From the sequence record SRR31156797_19539: a stretch of 32,748 bases of DNA, one strand, 5' to 3'. The translations under genes and the position numbers were made by a program. Numbering within the stretch: the first letter of the stretch is position 1; every line of letters starts with the position of its first letter. The notes under the pieces are model-generated. The model had not been told where the DNA came from, ran no database searches, and saw only the letters and a list, made by a program, of their open reading frames with translations. Below are positions 18,123 through 26,531 of this stretch, one piece after another.

Positions 18123-20093
18123 TTATTCAAAAGGGATAACATCCGGTTGTCCCACCTTAAAATCTTTAAATTTAGGTCGTTCTTCTCCCGATAAACGAAA
18201 GCCAGTTGTGCTAAAATCATTTGGAGCGTTTGGATAAAATGTTAACCGGAGTTGTATGGTTTTAAAAACAAGATTTTCGTTGTGTAGTCGTACTCCTAAA
18301 CCAATTCCATAATAGTAATCTTCTTTAAAAAGATTCTTTTTATTACTGCCAATTATTCCCATATCTGCAAAGCTGTAAAAGGCAAATTTAAAACCTCCAA
18401 GCATATATGGAGTAAAGGCTACTGTTTCCAGATTTAAACTCAATTTTTGCGTGCCTGTTACCTCTTCACTTTTAAATCCACGAATACCATGGCGATTGTT
18501 TAAAGTGATGAATTCTTCAGGAAATCGTCTAATACCAAGGGTGTATTTTAGATCTCCAAAATTACGGAATCGTAAAGCTCCAAGCTTTCTAATTCTGCTA
18601 AAGAATTTAGATTGTGCAATTAGTGTTCCTTGTTCAAATCTTTTTGAGTTGAAAAATCCGCCAATAGCAAAGCGATTGAAAAGATAGCTTTTTGTAGAGC
18701 GAACGTAACTTGCTTTTTGCAGATCAAATCCAAGATAAAAGCGATGAGAATATTCTCGGTCTTCATATCCAAAACTGGTTTGAGCCAAAAATCCGTAAGG
18801 AATATCTTCAGTTCTACCAAAATTGTATACCAAATTACTCTTGTAGTATTGAATTTGACTGATACTTAATCCGGCAAGATATAAGAAGTTATTGTGGAAA
18901 AATTGGTTTAAATCGGGATCAGTTTCAGGTCTTTTAAAAAATTCTCTACTTGCTATTCGTCCCGTAATAAACATTCGTCTTCGAGCGAAAAGATTTTTTG
19001 AATCCAATTTATAGGCTCTACCATACCAAATATTACCATAATTAAAGTCCAATGGAACCTCATTTAAAATGGGATCATCATCCATTATTTTATCGGAACG
19101 CATGGTTCTGGAAAGGCTTAATCCACCTGCATATTTGGTATTGTAGGTTTCAAATTTTCTATCAAAATCAATTCCTACTATAGCTTTTTCATAGGTATTC
19201 TTATAGATTAATGTTGCGTCGATATACGTTCTTCTGATATTTCTGATTTTGTATCTGCCTGAATAACCAAAACTTCTACTTTCATCCGATTCGTAGTGAA
19301 AAGTATTACTAAATTCATGACCAATACCGTATAGATTGCGGCTATAGAATTCAAACTCAGAGGATGAAAGAGAGCCAACGTCTAGGTTAATACCCCAAGA
19401 GAACTGGTCTTTTACCCACAATTCCAGATCAACTGTTTTATTCGATCCCAATACTGGAATCACTCTAAAATAGGCATCTTTTATATAATCTAACTGACGA
19501 ATTAGACGTTCGTTATCAGCTAAGGTATAGGCATCAAGTTTATCGCCCTTTTGAATTCTTAACAAGCGTTTTAAATGACCACGACGACTCGTATGGTGTA
19601 ATTTATTTCCAGTGGTTTCAAGCCAGGAAGTTGCTACTTTTGTGGTATCGTGCAAACTGGAACCAAATGGCTCTAAAACTCTAATGTTGATACGCCTTAT
19701 GGTTTTTCCCTGATAGATGACAAAAGCCGTTTCACTTCGTTCAGTCTTGATTGTATCTGTAGGAGAAATCTTATCAGGAGCTACAAAAAATAGTTTATAG
19801 AGTTCTTTGGTAAACCTTCTTTTGTAGGCACCTCTTTTTATCGCATGATAAAATTTGTTGCTACTATCTTCTTTATTGGTTCTTTTTTCGTGAATCGTAT
19901 CAATTAAAAAAACAATAGTATCTCTGGAAATTACAATCGTACTATCAGGAAGGTTTGTTCTTGATTTTGGGATCACTAAGGTGTCATTTTTATGGTTTCG
20001 TTGAGCATTAGAGAAAAACGAAATACCAATAAAAATAGTTAGAAGAACATTATATTTAAATGAAGTACGAATAAGATTTGTTTTTATTGTCAA
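18123..20093 (-). CDS. Omp85/BamA-TamA-like outer-membrane protein
   Basis: Signal peptide SNA|Q, a POTRA-like segment (GKTIRRINI...GDKLD...NERLIRQLDYIKDA), NLYGIGH, loop-6 IRGF, FADMG, YGIGLGVRL. Confidence 0.75.
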   Translation of the reverse strand: MTIKTNLIRTSFKYNVLLTIFIGISFFSNAQRNHKNDTLVIPKSRTNLPDSTIVISRDTIVFLIDTIHEKRTNKEDSSNKFYHAIKRGAYKRRFTKELYKLFFVAPDKISPTDTIKTERSETAFVIYQGKTIRRINIRVLEPFGSSLHDTTKVATSWLETTGNKLHHTSRRGHLKRLLRIQKGDKLDAYTLADNERLIRQLDYIKDAYFRVIPVLGSNKTVDLELWVKDQFSWGINLDVGSLSSSEFEFYSRNLYGIGHEFSNTFHYESDESRSFGYSGRYKIRNIRRTYIDATLIYKNTYEKAIVGIDFDRKFETYNTKYAGGLSLSRTMRSDKIMDDDPILNEVPLDFNYGNIWYGRAYKLDSKNLFARRRMFITGRIASREFFKRPETDPDLNQFFHNNFLYLAGLSISQIQYYKSNLVYNFGRTEDIPYGFLAQTSFGYEDREYSHRFYLGFDLQKASYVRSTKSYLFNRFAIGGFFNSKRFEQGTLIAQSKFFSRIRKLGALRFRNFGDLKYTLGIRRFPEEFITLNNRHGIRGFKSEEVTGTQKLSLNLETVAFTPYMLGGFKFAFYSFADMGIIGSNKKNLFKEDYYYGIGLGVRLHNENLVFKTIQLRLTFYPNAPNDFSTTGFRLSGEERPKFKDFKVGQPDVIPFE

Positions 20094-20169
20094 TTACTAT
20101 TCCTATTATAAAGATAAATAAATTGAACTTGTACCAAACCTTACATCAATAATTGTACCTTATTTAGTT

Positions 20170-20619
20170 CTATTTATTAAGATCAGAGATTCTTTTATGG
20201 ATGTTATCGATTTGTTCTTCTGACCATTTCCATTTGCCCTCTTTTCGAATTTCACAGCATAATATTTTTCCTTTAAACAGCTCTAGCGTTTGTGTAGCAG
20301 CTCCAAAACCAAAGCGTTTCATACTTAGTTTACAGCTCAGTTTATGGTATGGAACACTCTCTTTGCTTTTAATAGTTATTAGATAAAAATATTCCAAATC
20401 AAGAGTTTGATTTTCATCATTAAATTGGATACAAGTTAAAATTCGATTTCGTTTAAGTGTTAAAAGTAAGATATACATTACAATTACAGCAGTAAAATAA
20501 ATCACGTTTAAGCCAACAAAAAATAGTAGAATAGCTATAAGCAATATCAATAATGACAATTCTTTTCGTACTCTGTCCCAAAGTTTATAGTTGTTGGGTG
20601 ATAATTCAAATTTTTCCAT
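20170..20619 (-). CDS. Hypothetical membrane protein (two N-terminal TM helices)
   Basis: 149-aa ORF with a hydrophobic hairpin at residues ~21-55. Confidence 0.65.
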   Translation of the reverse strand: MEKFELSPNNYKLWDRVRKELSLLILLIAILLFFVGLNVIYFTAVIVMYILLLTLKRNRILTCIQFNDENQTLDLEYFYLITIKSKESVPYHKLSCKLSMKRFGFGAATQTLELFKGKILCCEIRKEGKWKWSEEQIDNIHKRISDLNK

Positions 20620-20687
20620 CGATCAATTTTTTGCATAGTTAGTAAAAACAAGAGCATTATTCAAGATTGTAATAAAATCATTTTATC

Positions 20688-20745
20688 TACTAAATTTTTA
20701 GTAATAAAATTTGTCTACTAAAAAATTAGTACTAAGTTTGTAGTA
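20688..20745 (+). promoter_or_regulatory. Three TACTA-N6-TAGTA operator boxes plus -7 element of BlaI operon 1
   Basis: Perfect boxes at 20688-20703, 20716-20731 and 20730-20745. TAAGTTTG (-7) at 20733-20740 lies inside the third box. Confidence 0.85.
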
Positions 20746-20770
20746 GATTAATCTATAAGTAAAGTTTATT

Positions 20771-21142
20771 ATGAAGGAATTAACCAAAGCAGAAGAACAG
20801 GTGATGCAAATTGTATGGGAACTGGAAAAAGCAAGTGTTAGAGAAGTTGTTGCACAGTTTCCCGATCCGAAACCTGCTTATACTACTGTTGCAACAGTAA
20901 TGAATGCCTTGGAGAAAAAAGGTTTTGCAGATAAAATTCCTGCTGGAAAGTCTCATTTATTTGTGGTAAAAATTTCGAAGGAGGATTATTCGGGATTTAA
21001 AGCAGGAGCATTGGTAACCAATTATTTCAATGGATCGTTTTCGAGAATGGCTTCTTTTTTTGCTAAGGATAATAAATTAAGTATCCAGGAATTGGAAGAG
21101 ATGATCGAGATTGCCAAACGCCAAATTGAGAAGGAGAAATAG
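20771..21142 (+). CDS. BlaI/MecI/CopY family transcriptional repressor
   Basis: LTKAEEQVMQIVW, AYTTVATVMNALEKKGF, YFNGSF. Confidence 0.93.
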   Translation: MKELTKAEEQVMQIVWELEKASVREVVAQFPDPKPAYTTVATVMNALEKKGFADKIPAGKSHLFVVKISKEDYSGFKAGALVTNYFNGSFSRMASFFAKDNKLSIQELEEMIEIAKRQIEKEK

Positions 21143-21144
21143 AT

Positions 21145-23034
21145 ATGGAAGCTATATTGGAATACTTTGTGCAATCATCAGTGATATTAGCTTTGTTTTA
21201 TATCATTTACTTTTTGCTGTTACGAAACGAAAGGTTTTTTACTGAAATAAGAGGATTTTTATTGCTTAGTTTGTGTACTGCAATTCTGTTGCCTTTTGTA
21301 AAGATTCCTTATACAGTTTTGGTTGAAGCTGTTGAAAATGCCGTTGTAGCAGGAGATTTATCCTTTGTAAGTGGATCAGTTGAACCCGTAATTAAGCAAG
21401 AGAGTTTCTTCACGTTATCAACTATTGTGTTTCTAATTTATTTGTTGATAGCAAGTATTTTATTCATTCGAAGTTTGATAAAAGTTGGTCAGATTTATGG
21501 AATGATATCAGGAAAGCAATATACTGTAATTGACAATTTTAAAATTGTATTACTTGATCAATCAATTCCAGCCTTTACTTTTTTTGGATACATAGTAATT
21601 AATAGAGATGAGTTTAATAACGAATCTCGTCAGAATATTTTAGCACACGAAAAAGTTCACGCTCAGCAAAAGCATTGGATCGATCTGCTTTTAGTTGAAC
21701 TGATGACCATTGTTTTTTGGTTCAATCCATTTGTATGGCTTTTTCAGCTTGCCCTAAAACAAACGCATGAATTATTGGCTGATGATGGAGTGATTGCGCA
21801 TGGCTACAACATCGGACAATATCAGGCACTATTAATTAACCAACTAATGGGAGCCGAAGTTGTTGGTTTGGCTAACAACTTTAACTATTCCATTAATAAA
21901 AAAAGAATGATTATGATGTCAAAAGATAAAAGTCCCAAGAATAGACGCTATAAATTGTTGATGATGTTTCCTGTGATAGTAGCAGTAGTAATCTTTAATT
22001 TAAGAATTGAGGAAGTACATGCCAAGGAAGCAACAGTTGCGGAAGTGCATAAACAAGAAACTGTGAAAATAACTGGAGTTGTACTTGCAAGTGATGATAA
22101 ACCTATTCCTGGAGCAACTGTACTTGTGGAAGGAACCTCAATTGGTACAGTGGCGAATTTTAATGGTGAATTTGAATTAAGTATTGTCAAAAGTGCTAAC
22201 ATTAATGTTTCATTTATCGCTTTGGAAACAAAGAAAATTTCTGTTGAGGATTTTGTTTTGAATGGAAAAAAAACTGACAAAGGTTACTTTCTTAAAATTA
22301 AATTAAAGGAAGAAAATGAACAATCTTTGGGTGAAGATAATGTATATGTATCAGTAGATGAAAAACCTGTATTTCCGGGAGGAGATTTAGCAATGAGAAA
22401 GCATATTGCCAGAACTGTTAAATATCCACGTGAGGCTCAGAAAAAAGGAATTGAAGGTAAGGTTCTAGTTACTTTTGTTATTAATAAATTAGGTGAGGTT
22501 GAAAATGCAAGAGTTATGAGAAGTGTTTGTCCATCAATTGATAAAGAGGCAATCCGTATTGTGTCTACATTGCCAAAATGGATACCTGGAAAAATGGATG
22601 GATCACCAGTAAATGTATCCTATACTATTCCTTTAAGTTTTGGATTACAAAATGGACAAGGAATGATTGTGGTAGGTGAAGCTGGAAAATCTAAAAAAAC
22701 TAAAAAGCAATACAAAGGCGAGGATATTTATGTTATTGTGGAACAAATGCCAAAATTTTCTGGGGGGCATGATAAAGTTCAGAAGTACCTAGAGAAAGAA
22801 ATTAATAAACTAGATTCAAAATTTAAGATTGGTAAAAGATGTTTTGTTTCTTTTGTTATAACTAAAGAAGGGAAGATTGATAATATCCGTATGACTAGAG
22901 GTACAGGTAATGCGGAAGTTGATGCCAAAGCTATCGAGATTGTTAAAGGTTTTCCTATATGGGAACCTGGAATTGAAGGAGGTAAAGCAGTTCATATGGC
23001 CTACACATTGCCAATTACGTTCAAATCTTTATAA
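21145..23034 (+). CDS. M56 (BlaR1-type) metallopeptidase fused to a carboxypeptidase-regulatory-like domain and two TonB C-terminal domains
   Basis: HEKVH, WFNPFVW, HELLAD; ITGVV...PIPGATVLVEGTSIGTVANFNGEFEL; KYPREAQKKGIEGKVLVTFVI; a second TonB-C domain VEQMPKFSGG...YTLPITF. Confidence 0.9.
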   Translation: MEAILEYFVQSSVILALFYIIYFLLLRNERFFTEIRGFLLLSLCTAILLPFVKIPYTVLVEAVENAVVAGDLSFVSGSVEPVIKQESFFTLSTIVFLIYLLIASILFIRSLIKVGQIYGMISGKQYTVIDNFKIVLLDQSIPAFTFFGYIVINRDEFNNESRQNILAHEKVHAQQKHWIDLLLVELMTIVFWFNPFVWLFQLALKQTHELLADDGVIAHGYNIGQYQALLINQLMGAEVVGLANNFNYSINKKRMIMMSKDKSPKNRRYKLLMMFPVIVAVVIFNLRIEEVHAKEATVAEVHKQETVKITGVVLASDDKPIPGATVLVEGTSIGTVANFNGEFELSIVKSANINVSFIALETKKISVEDFVLNGKKTDKGYFLKIKLKEENEQSLGEDNVYVSVDEKPVFPGGDLAMRKHIARTVKYPREAQKKGIEGKVLVTFVINKLGEVENARVMRSVCPSIDKEAIRIVSTLPKWIPGKMDGSPVNVSYTIPLSFGLQNGQGMIVVGEAGKSKKTKKQYKGEDIYVIVEQMPKFSGGHDKVQKYLEKEINKLDSKFKIGKRCFVSFVITKEGKIDNIRMTRGTGNAEVDAKAIEIVKGFPIWEPGIEGGKAVHMAYTLPITFKSL

Positions 23035-23045
23035 ATTCAGTTAAT

Positions 23046-23077
23046 TGCCCCTGGCTTTAGTCAGGGGCAGTTTTTTT
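23046..23077 (+). terminator. Intrinsic terminator between the M56 gene and convergent tag
   Basis: TGCCCCTGGCT-TT-AGTCAGGGGCA followed by G and T7. Confidence 0.8.
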
Positions 23078-23636
23078 ATTTCTTGTATTTAAAGCAATCA
23101 GTTGTATGGTCATTTACCATTCCTGTAGCCTGCATAAAAGCGTAGCAAATAGTTGGTCCAACAAAGGTAAAACCTCGCTTCTTAAGCGCCTTACTCATTG
23201 CTTCCGATTCTGCTGTAGATACAGGTATCTCGCTTAAAGTCTTCCATTGGTTTACCATGGTTTTTCCATTGGTAAAACTCCAAATGTATTTGTCAAAGGA
23301 TCCGTATTCTTTTTGAATCATGAGAAATGCTTTTGCATTTTTAATTGCGGCTCTTACTTTTAGTTTATTGCGAATAATTCCTTCGTTTTGCAGTAATTCA
23401 GCTATTTTTTCCTCAGAGTAGTTTACGATGATATTCGGATCGAAATTATCGAATGCTTTCCTATAGTTTTCTCGCTTTCTTAATACTGTAATCCAGCTTA
23501 AACCTGCTTGTGCACCCTCCAGTATCAAAAATTCAAAAAGCATTTGATCGTCGTGTAAAGGAACGCCCCATTCATCATCGTGGTACTTGCAATAAAGAGG
23601 ATCTTCTCCAGCCCATTTGCATCTATTTTTCGACAT
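23076..23636 (-). CDS. tag: DNA-3-methyladenine glycosylase I
   Basis: RCKW, YHDDEWGVP, LEGAQAGLSW, IIRNKLK, FVGPTICYAFMQATGMVNDHTTDC. Confidence 0.96.
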   Translation of the reverse strand: MSKNRCKWAGEDPLYCKYHDDEWGVPLHDDQMLFEFLILEGAQAGLSWITVLRKRENYRKAFDNFDPNIIVNYSEEKIAELLQNEGIIRNKLKVRAAIKNAKAFLMIQKEYGSFDKYIWSFTNGKTMVNQWKTLSEIPVSTAESEAMSKALKKRGFTFVGPTICYAFMQATGMVNDHTTDCFKYKK

Positions 23637-23810
23637 AGTTTTTTTTATAAATGTAACTTGTTTTTAGGATTTGGTGACAAAAGTCTATCTTAAAAATAAC
23701 AAAAGGAAAAATTGGCAAGTCTTCGGGAATCCTGATCAATGATATAATAAAGAAGTCTCCGCATCTTTGTTTGTATAGGAGTTTAGTTATTAATAGTAAA
23801 GATTAGAATT

Positions 23811-24131
23811 ATGAAAGTGATAGAAAATGCAAAAGAATTAGAGAGCTTATTAAAACAAGATAATGCCATATTATTAGACTTTTATGCAGACACATGTCCT
23901 CCTTGCCGGGCACTTATGCCGTTAGTAGAAAAATTAGCAGTGAAGTACGAAGGAAAGGTAGAATTTCAGAAAGTTGATGTGCATAAATTCCCTGAGTTAA
24001 GGACTCAGTATAAAATAGGAAGTATTCCTACTTTGCTATTCGTGAAGAAATCAGAAATTGTAGAAAAGACTGTAGGGGTGATTGCAGAATCAGAACTAAC
24101 GGAAAAATTAAATAATTTAATTGAGGTTTAA
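23811..24131 (+). CDS. Thioredoxin-family protein
   Basis: LLDFYADTCPPCRALMP, KVDV, IGSIPTLL (cis-Pro loop); 106 aa. Confidence 0.9.
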   Translation: MKVIENAKELESLLKQDNAILLDFYADTCPPCRALMPLVEKLAVKYEGKVEFQKVDVHKFPELRTQYKIGSIPTLLFVKKSEIVEKTVGVIAESELTEKLNNLIEV

Positions 24132-24145
24132 GTGCCTTATCGCAT

Positions 24146-24189
24146 AAAAAAAGTGCTGTCCTTGCTATTTGAAGTAAGGACAGCACTTT
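24146..24189. terminator. Terminator between thioredoxin and convergent M56 gene (stronger on the - strand)
   Basis: AAAGTGCTGTCCTTGCT...AGTAAGGACAGCACTTT long stem, with an A7 tract on the left. Confidence 0.85.
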
Positions 24190-24220
24190 GTATTTAGAAT
24201 TATATCGAAATTATTTCCTG

Positions 24221-25873
24221 TTAGAACTCCAATTCCATGGCAAAATCAACAGGTACCTTCTTGCCTCGTTGCGAACCTGGTTTCCATTTTTCCATGTTTG
24301 AAGCTATTATTTTGGCTGCTTTGGCTGCAATGTTATTGGATTTATCCAAAATTTGAATATTGCTCACCTCTCCATTAGCATTAATAGTAAATCCAACAGT
24401 AGCTGTTCCACTTAGTTTTTTACCGAACTTATTATGAAGCTTACTTTTTTGTTTGTTTACGAATTGAACCAATCCGTAATGTCCCTGGTTATATTGTGGC
24501 ATTTCTTCCACAATTAAAAAACCAGGCTTAATATTATCTGGAGCAGGTGGTGGCGGTGGAGGAGGTACATCTCCATCTAAATGCATTGTTTTACTATCGA
24601 TGTAAACGACACCTCTTTTCATTTTAAAATCATATTCCAAAACATTCGATTTATTTTTGGATATTTTAACATGAGAGGATTCTGTTTTAAAACCAACGAA
24701 TGATACTATAAGTTTAAAATCGTTACTTTTTGGTGAATAATTTAATTCAAAACTCCCATCCCAATCTGCTACAGTTCCAATTGAAGTGCCTCTGATAACA
24801 ATGGCTGCTCCAGGTAAAGCATTGCCTTTCTCATCAGTAACTTTTCCAATTATTGTGGTTACTTTGCTAAGTATCTGATGAACTGTTGTATTGTTGTCAT
24901 CTTTAGTTGTGATATTCAACTTTTTCTGAGCATTATTGCCGTTTTCAATAATGCTACTTTCCATCTTAACTGCATCTACTTCTTTATCAGTATTAGCTAT
25001 ATACTCTGGCTCAGCAAAAGCCACCAATAAAATTGCCAATACAGGAATTCCCCATGTCATTCGAAACAATTTACGTTTCGCTGTTTTCTTTTTTGTCATC
25101 ATCTTAAATCGGGTTGGGCCCTGGGCTGCACTAAAGTGATTGGCCATGCCAATTACCTGTGTGCCCATTAGCCGGTTAATTAATAATGCCTGATACCTGA
25201 CAGGTGAATGGCCCCGGGTTAGTACACCTTCGTCGGCCAGGTATTCATGGTTTTGTTTTATAGCTCGTTCGAATAACCAAATAAATGGATTGAACCAGAA
25301 AAACACTGTTAACAGCTCTATAATGAACAGATCGATCCAATGACGCTCCTGAATGTGCACTTTTTCATGAGTTAAAATGTCGTTTATTTCGTTCTGTTTA
25401 AAATATTCGGGATTGATTAATATGCGATTGAAAAAGGAAAATGGTGAGTTGTACACCTTGTTCTCATGAATCAAGCAGTTGTTAATTTTCTTAGGTTTCG
25501 ATTTTGCGATAATCAAAATCGGTTTTCGGCATTGTATCAGTAGGCGAAGCAGAACAATTGCCGCTCCTGCCAGATAAATGAGATACAAAACACTCACTAA
25601 AGAAATACTTTGTTTAATATCGGTTTTTGTATTTTCAATGTTGTGATTAAATACTCCATTGAATTCTTGCGCGGTGCTATTTGCGGCGGCTTGTATGTTC
25701 ACCTGGTATTGCACAGGAATTGCAGCAATTACCACTGAAATCACTAAACTAATTAGCAAGAAGAATCGATTGGCTCTAAAATGAGTGCTTTCTCTCAAAA
25801 GGAACCAGTATAAAGCATATAGTAATGCCATACTTGCCGATGCTCGTAATAGTAACTCACCCATTACATCCAT
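24221..25873 (-). CDS. Second M56 metallopeptidase / carboxypeptidase-regulatory-like / TonB C-terminal fusion
   Basis: HEKVH, WFNPFIW, HEYLAD; GKVTDEKGNALPGAAIVIRGTSIGTVADWDGSFEL; poly-Pro linker; VEEMPQY...ATVGFTINANGEV...WKPG. Confidence 0.9.
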   Translation of the reverse strand: MDVMGELLLRASASMALLYALYWFLLRESTHFRANRFFLLISLVISVVIAAIPVQYQVNIQAAANSTAQEFNGVFNHNIENTKTDIKQSISLVSVLYLIYLAGAAIVLLRLLIQCRKPILIIAKSKPKKINNCLIHENKVYNSPFSFFNRILINPEYFKQNEINDILTHEKVHIQERHWIDLFIIELLTVFFWFNPFIWLFERAIKQNHEYLADEGVLTRGHSPVRYQALLINRLMGTQVIGMANHFSAAQGPTRFKMMTKKKTAKRKLFRMTWGIPVLAILLVAFAEPEYIANTDKEVDAVKMESSIIENGNNAQKKLNITTKDDNNTTVHQILSKVTTIIGKVTDEKGNALPGAAIVIRGTSIGTVADWDGSFELNYSPKSNDFKLIVSFVGFKTESSHVKISKNKSNVLEYDFKMKRGVVYIDSKTMHLDGDVPPPPPPPAPDNIKPGFLIVEEMPQYNQGHYGLVQFVNKQKSKLHNKFGKKLSGTATVGFTINANGEVSNIQILDKSNNIAAKAAKIIASNMEKWKPGSQRGKKVPVDFAMELEF

Positions 25874-25875
25874 AA

Positions 25876-26265
25876 TTAGTCCTCCTTTTGTTGTTCATGT
25901 TTGAACTCCTCTTCGGCTTGCTTCATGATATTTTCCAAATCAGAAATATCCATATCGTTTTCACGAGCAAAAAAACTAGCCATTTTTGGAAACGATCCAT
26001 TAAAATAATTTCGTAACAGTGAACCAAATTGTACTTTGGTATATTCAGCTTTGCTCACTTCAGGAGTAAATAGTTTGGTATTACCTATTTTGCGATGTTT
26101 TACAAATCCTTTTTTTTCCAGAACACTTAATACAGTTGCAACAGTAGTGTAAGCAGGTTTATCACCTTCGAAATTTTCGATTACATTTTTGACTGTGGCT
26201 TCATGCAATAACCAAATTATTTGCATGATTTGTTCTTCTGCTTTTGTTAGTGATTTAATGTCCAT
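25876..26265 (-). CDS. Second BlaI/MecI/CopY family repressor
   Basis: LTKAEEQIMQIIW, AYTTVATVLSVLEKKGF, YFNGSF. Confidence 0.93.
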   Translation of the reverse strand: MDIKSLTKAEEQIMQIIWLLHEATVKNVIENFEGDKPAYTTVATVLSVLEKKGFVKHRKIGNTKLFTPEVSKAEYTKVQFGSLLRNYFNGSFPKMASFFARENDMDISDLENIMKQAEEEFKHEQQKED

Positions 26266-26284
26266 AGAGTTTTTCGATTATAAT

Positions 26285-26355
26285 TCTACTACAAATATAG
26301 TAGAGTTATTTTTAAATCCTACTATATTTATAGTAAAAGTTCTATTAAAATAGTA
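26285..26355 (-). promoter_or_regulatory. Three TACTA-N6-TAGTA operator boxes plus -7 element of BlaI operon 2
   Basis: Perfect boxes at 26287-26302 and 26320-26335; a one-mismatch box TTCTA-N6-TAGTA at 26340-26355. Minus-strand TATATTTG (26292-26299) lies inside the gene-proximal box. Confidence 0.85.
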
Positions 26356-26478
26356 ATCGATTTTTGAATGTGCTTTTTTATCTGTAAAAAATATGGTAAT
26401 ACTACGGTATATCTGTATTATCCTTTAGTAAGGATTTTTTTGTAAAGACATGGTATGTTACTTATGGAAAGTTAAAAC

Positions 26479-26507
26479 AAAAAAGGGATGCCATTTGGCA
26501 TCCCCTT
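26479..26507 (-). terminator. Intrinsic terminator of the FKBP gene
   Basis: A6 followed by GGGATGCCA-TT-TGGCATCCC, read as stem plus U-tract on the - strand. Confidence 0.85.
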
Positions 26508-26531
26508 GTATTAAATTTTGTATTTCTGATT

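Noticed and set aside
20688-20745. CRISPR-like or tandem-repeat interpretation of the TACTA/TAGTA repeats
   Set aside because: The units are 16-bp palindromes with irregular, even overlapping, spacing at repressor promoters, which fits operators. No cas genes are present.
20771-26265. Beta-lactam resistance (bla/mec) locus
   Set aside because: There is no beta-lactamase or PBP2a gene, and the M56 proteins lack a penicillin-binding sensor domain.
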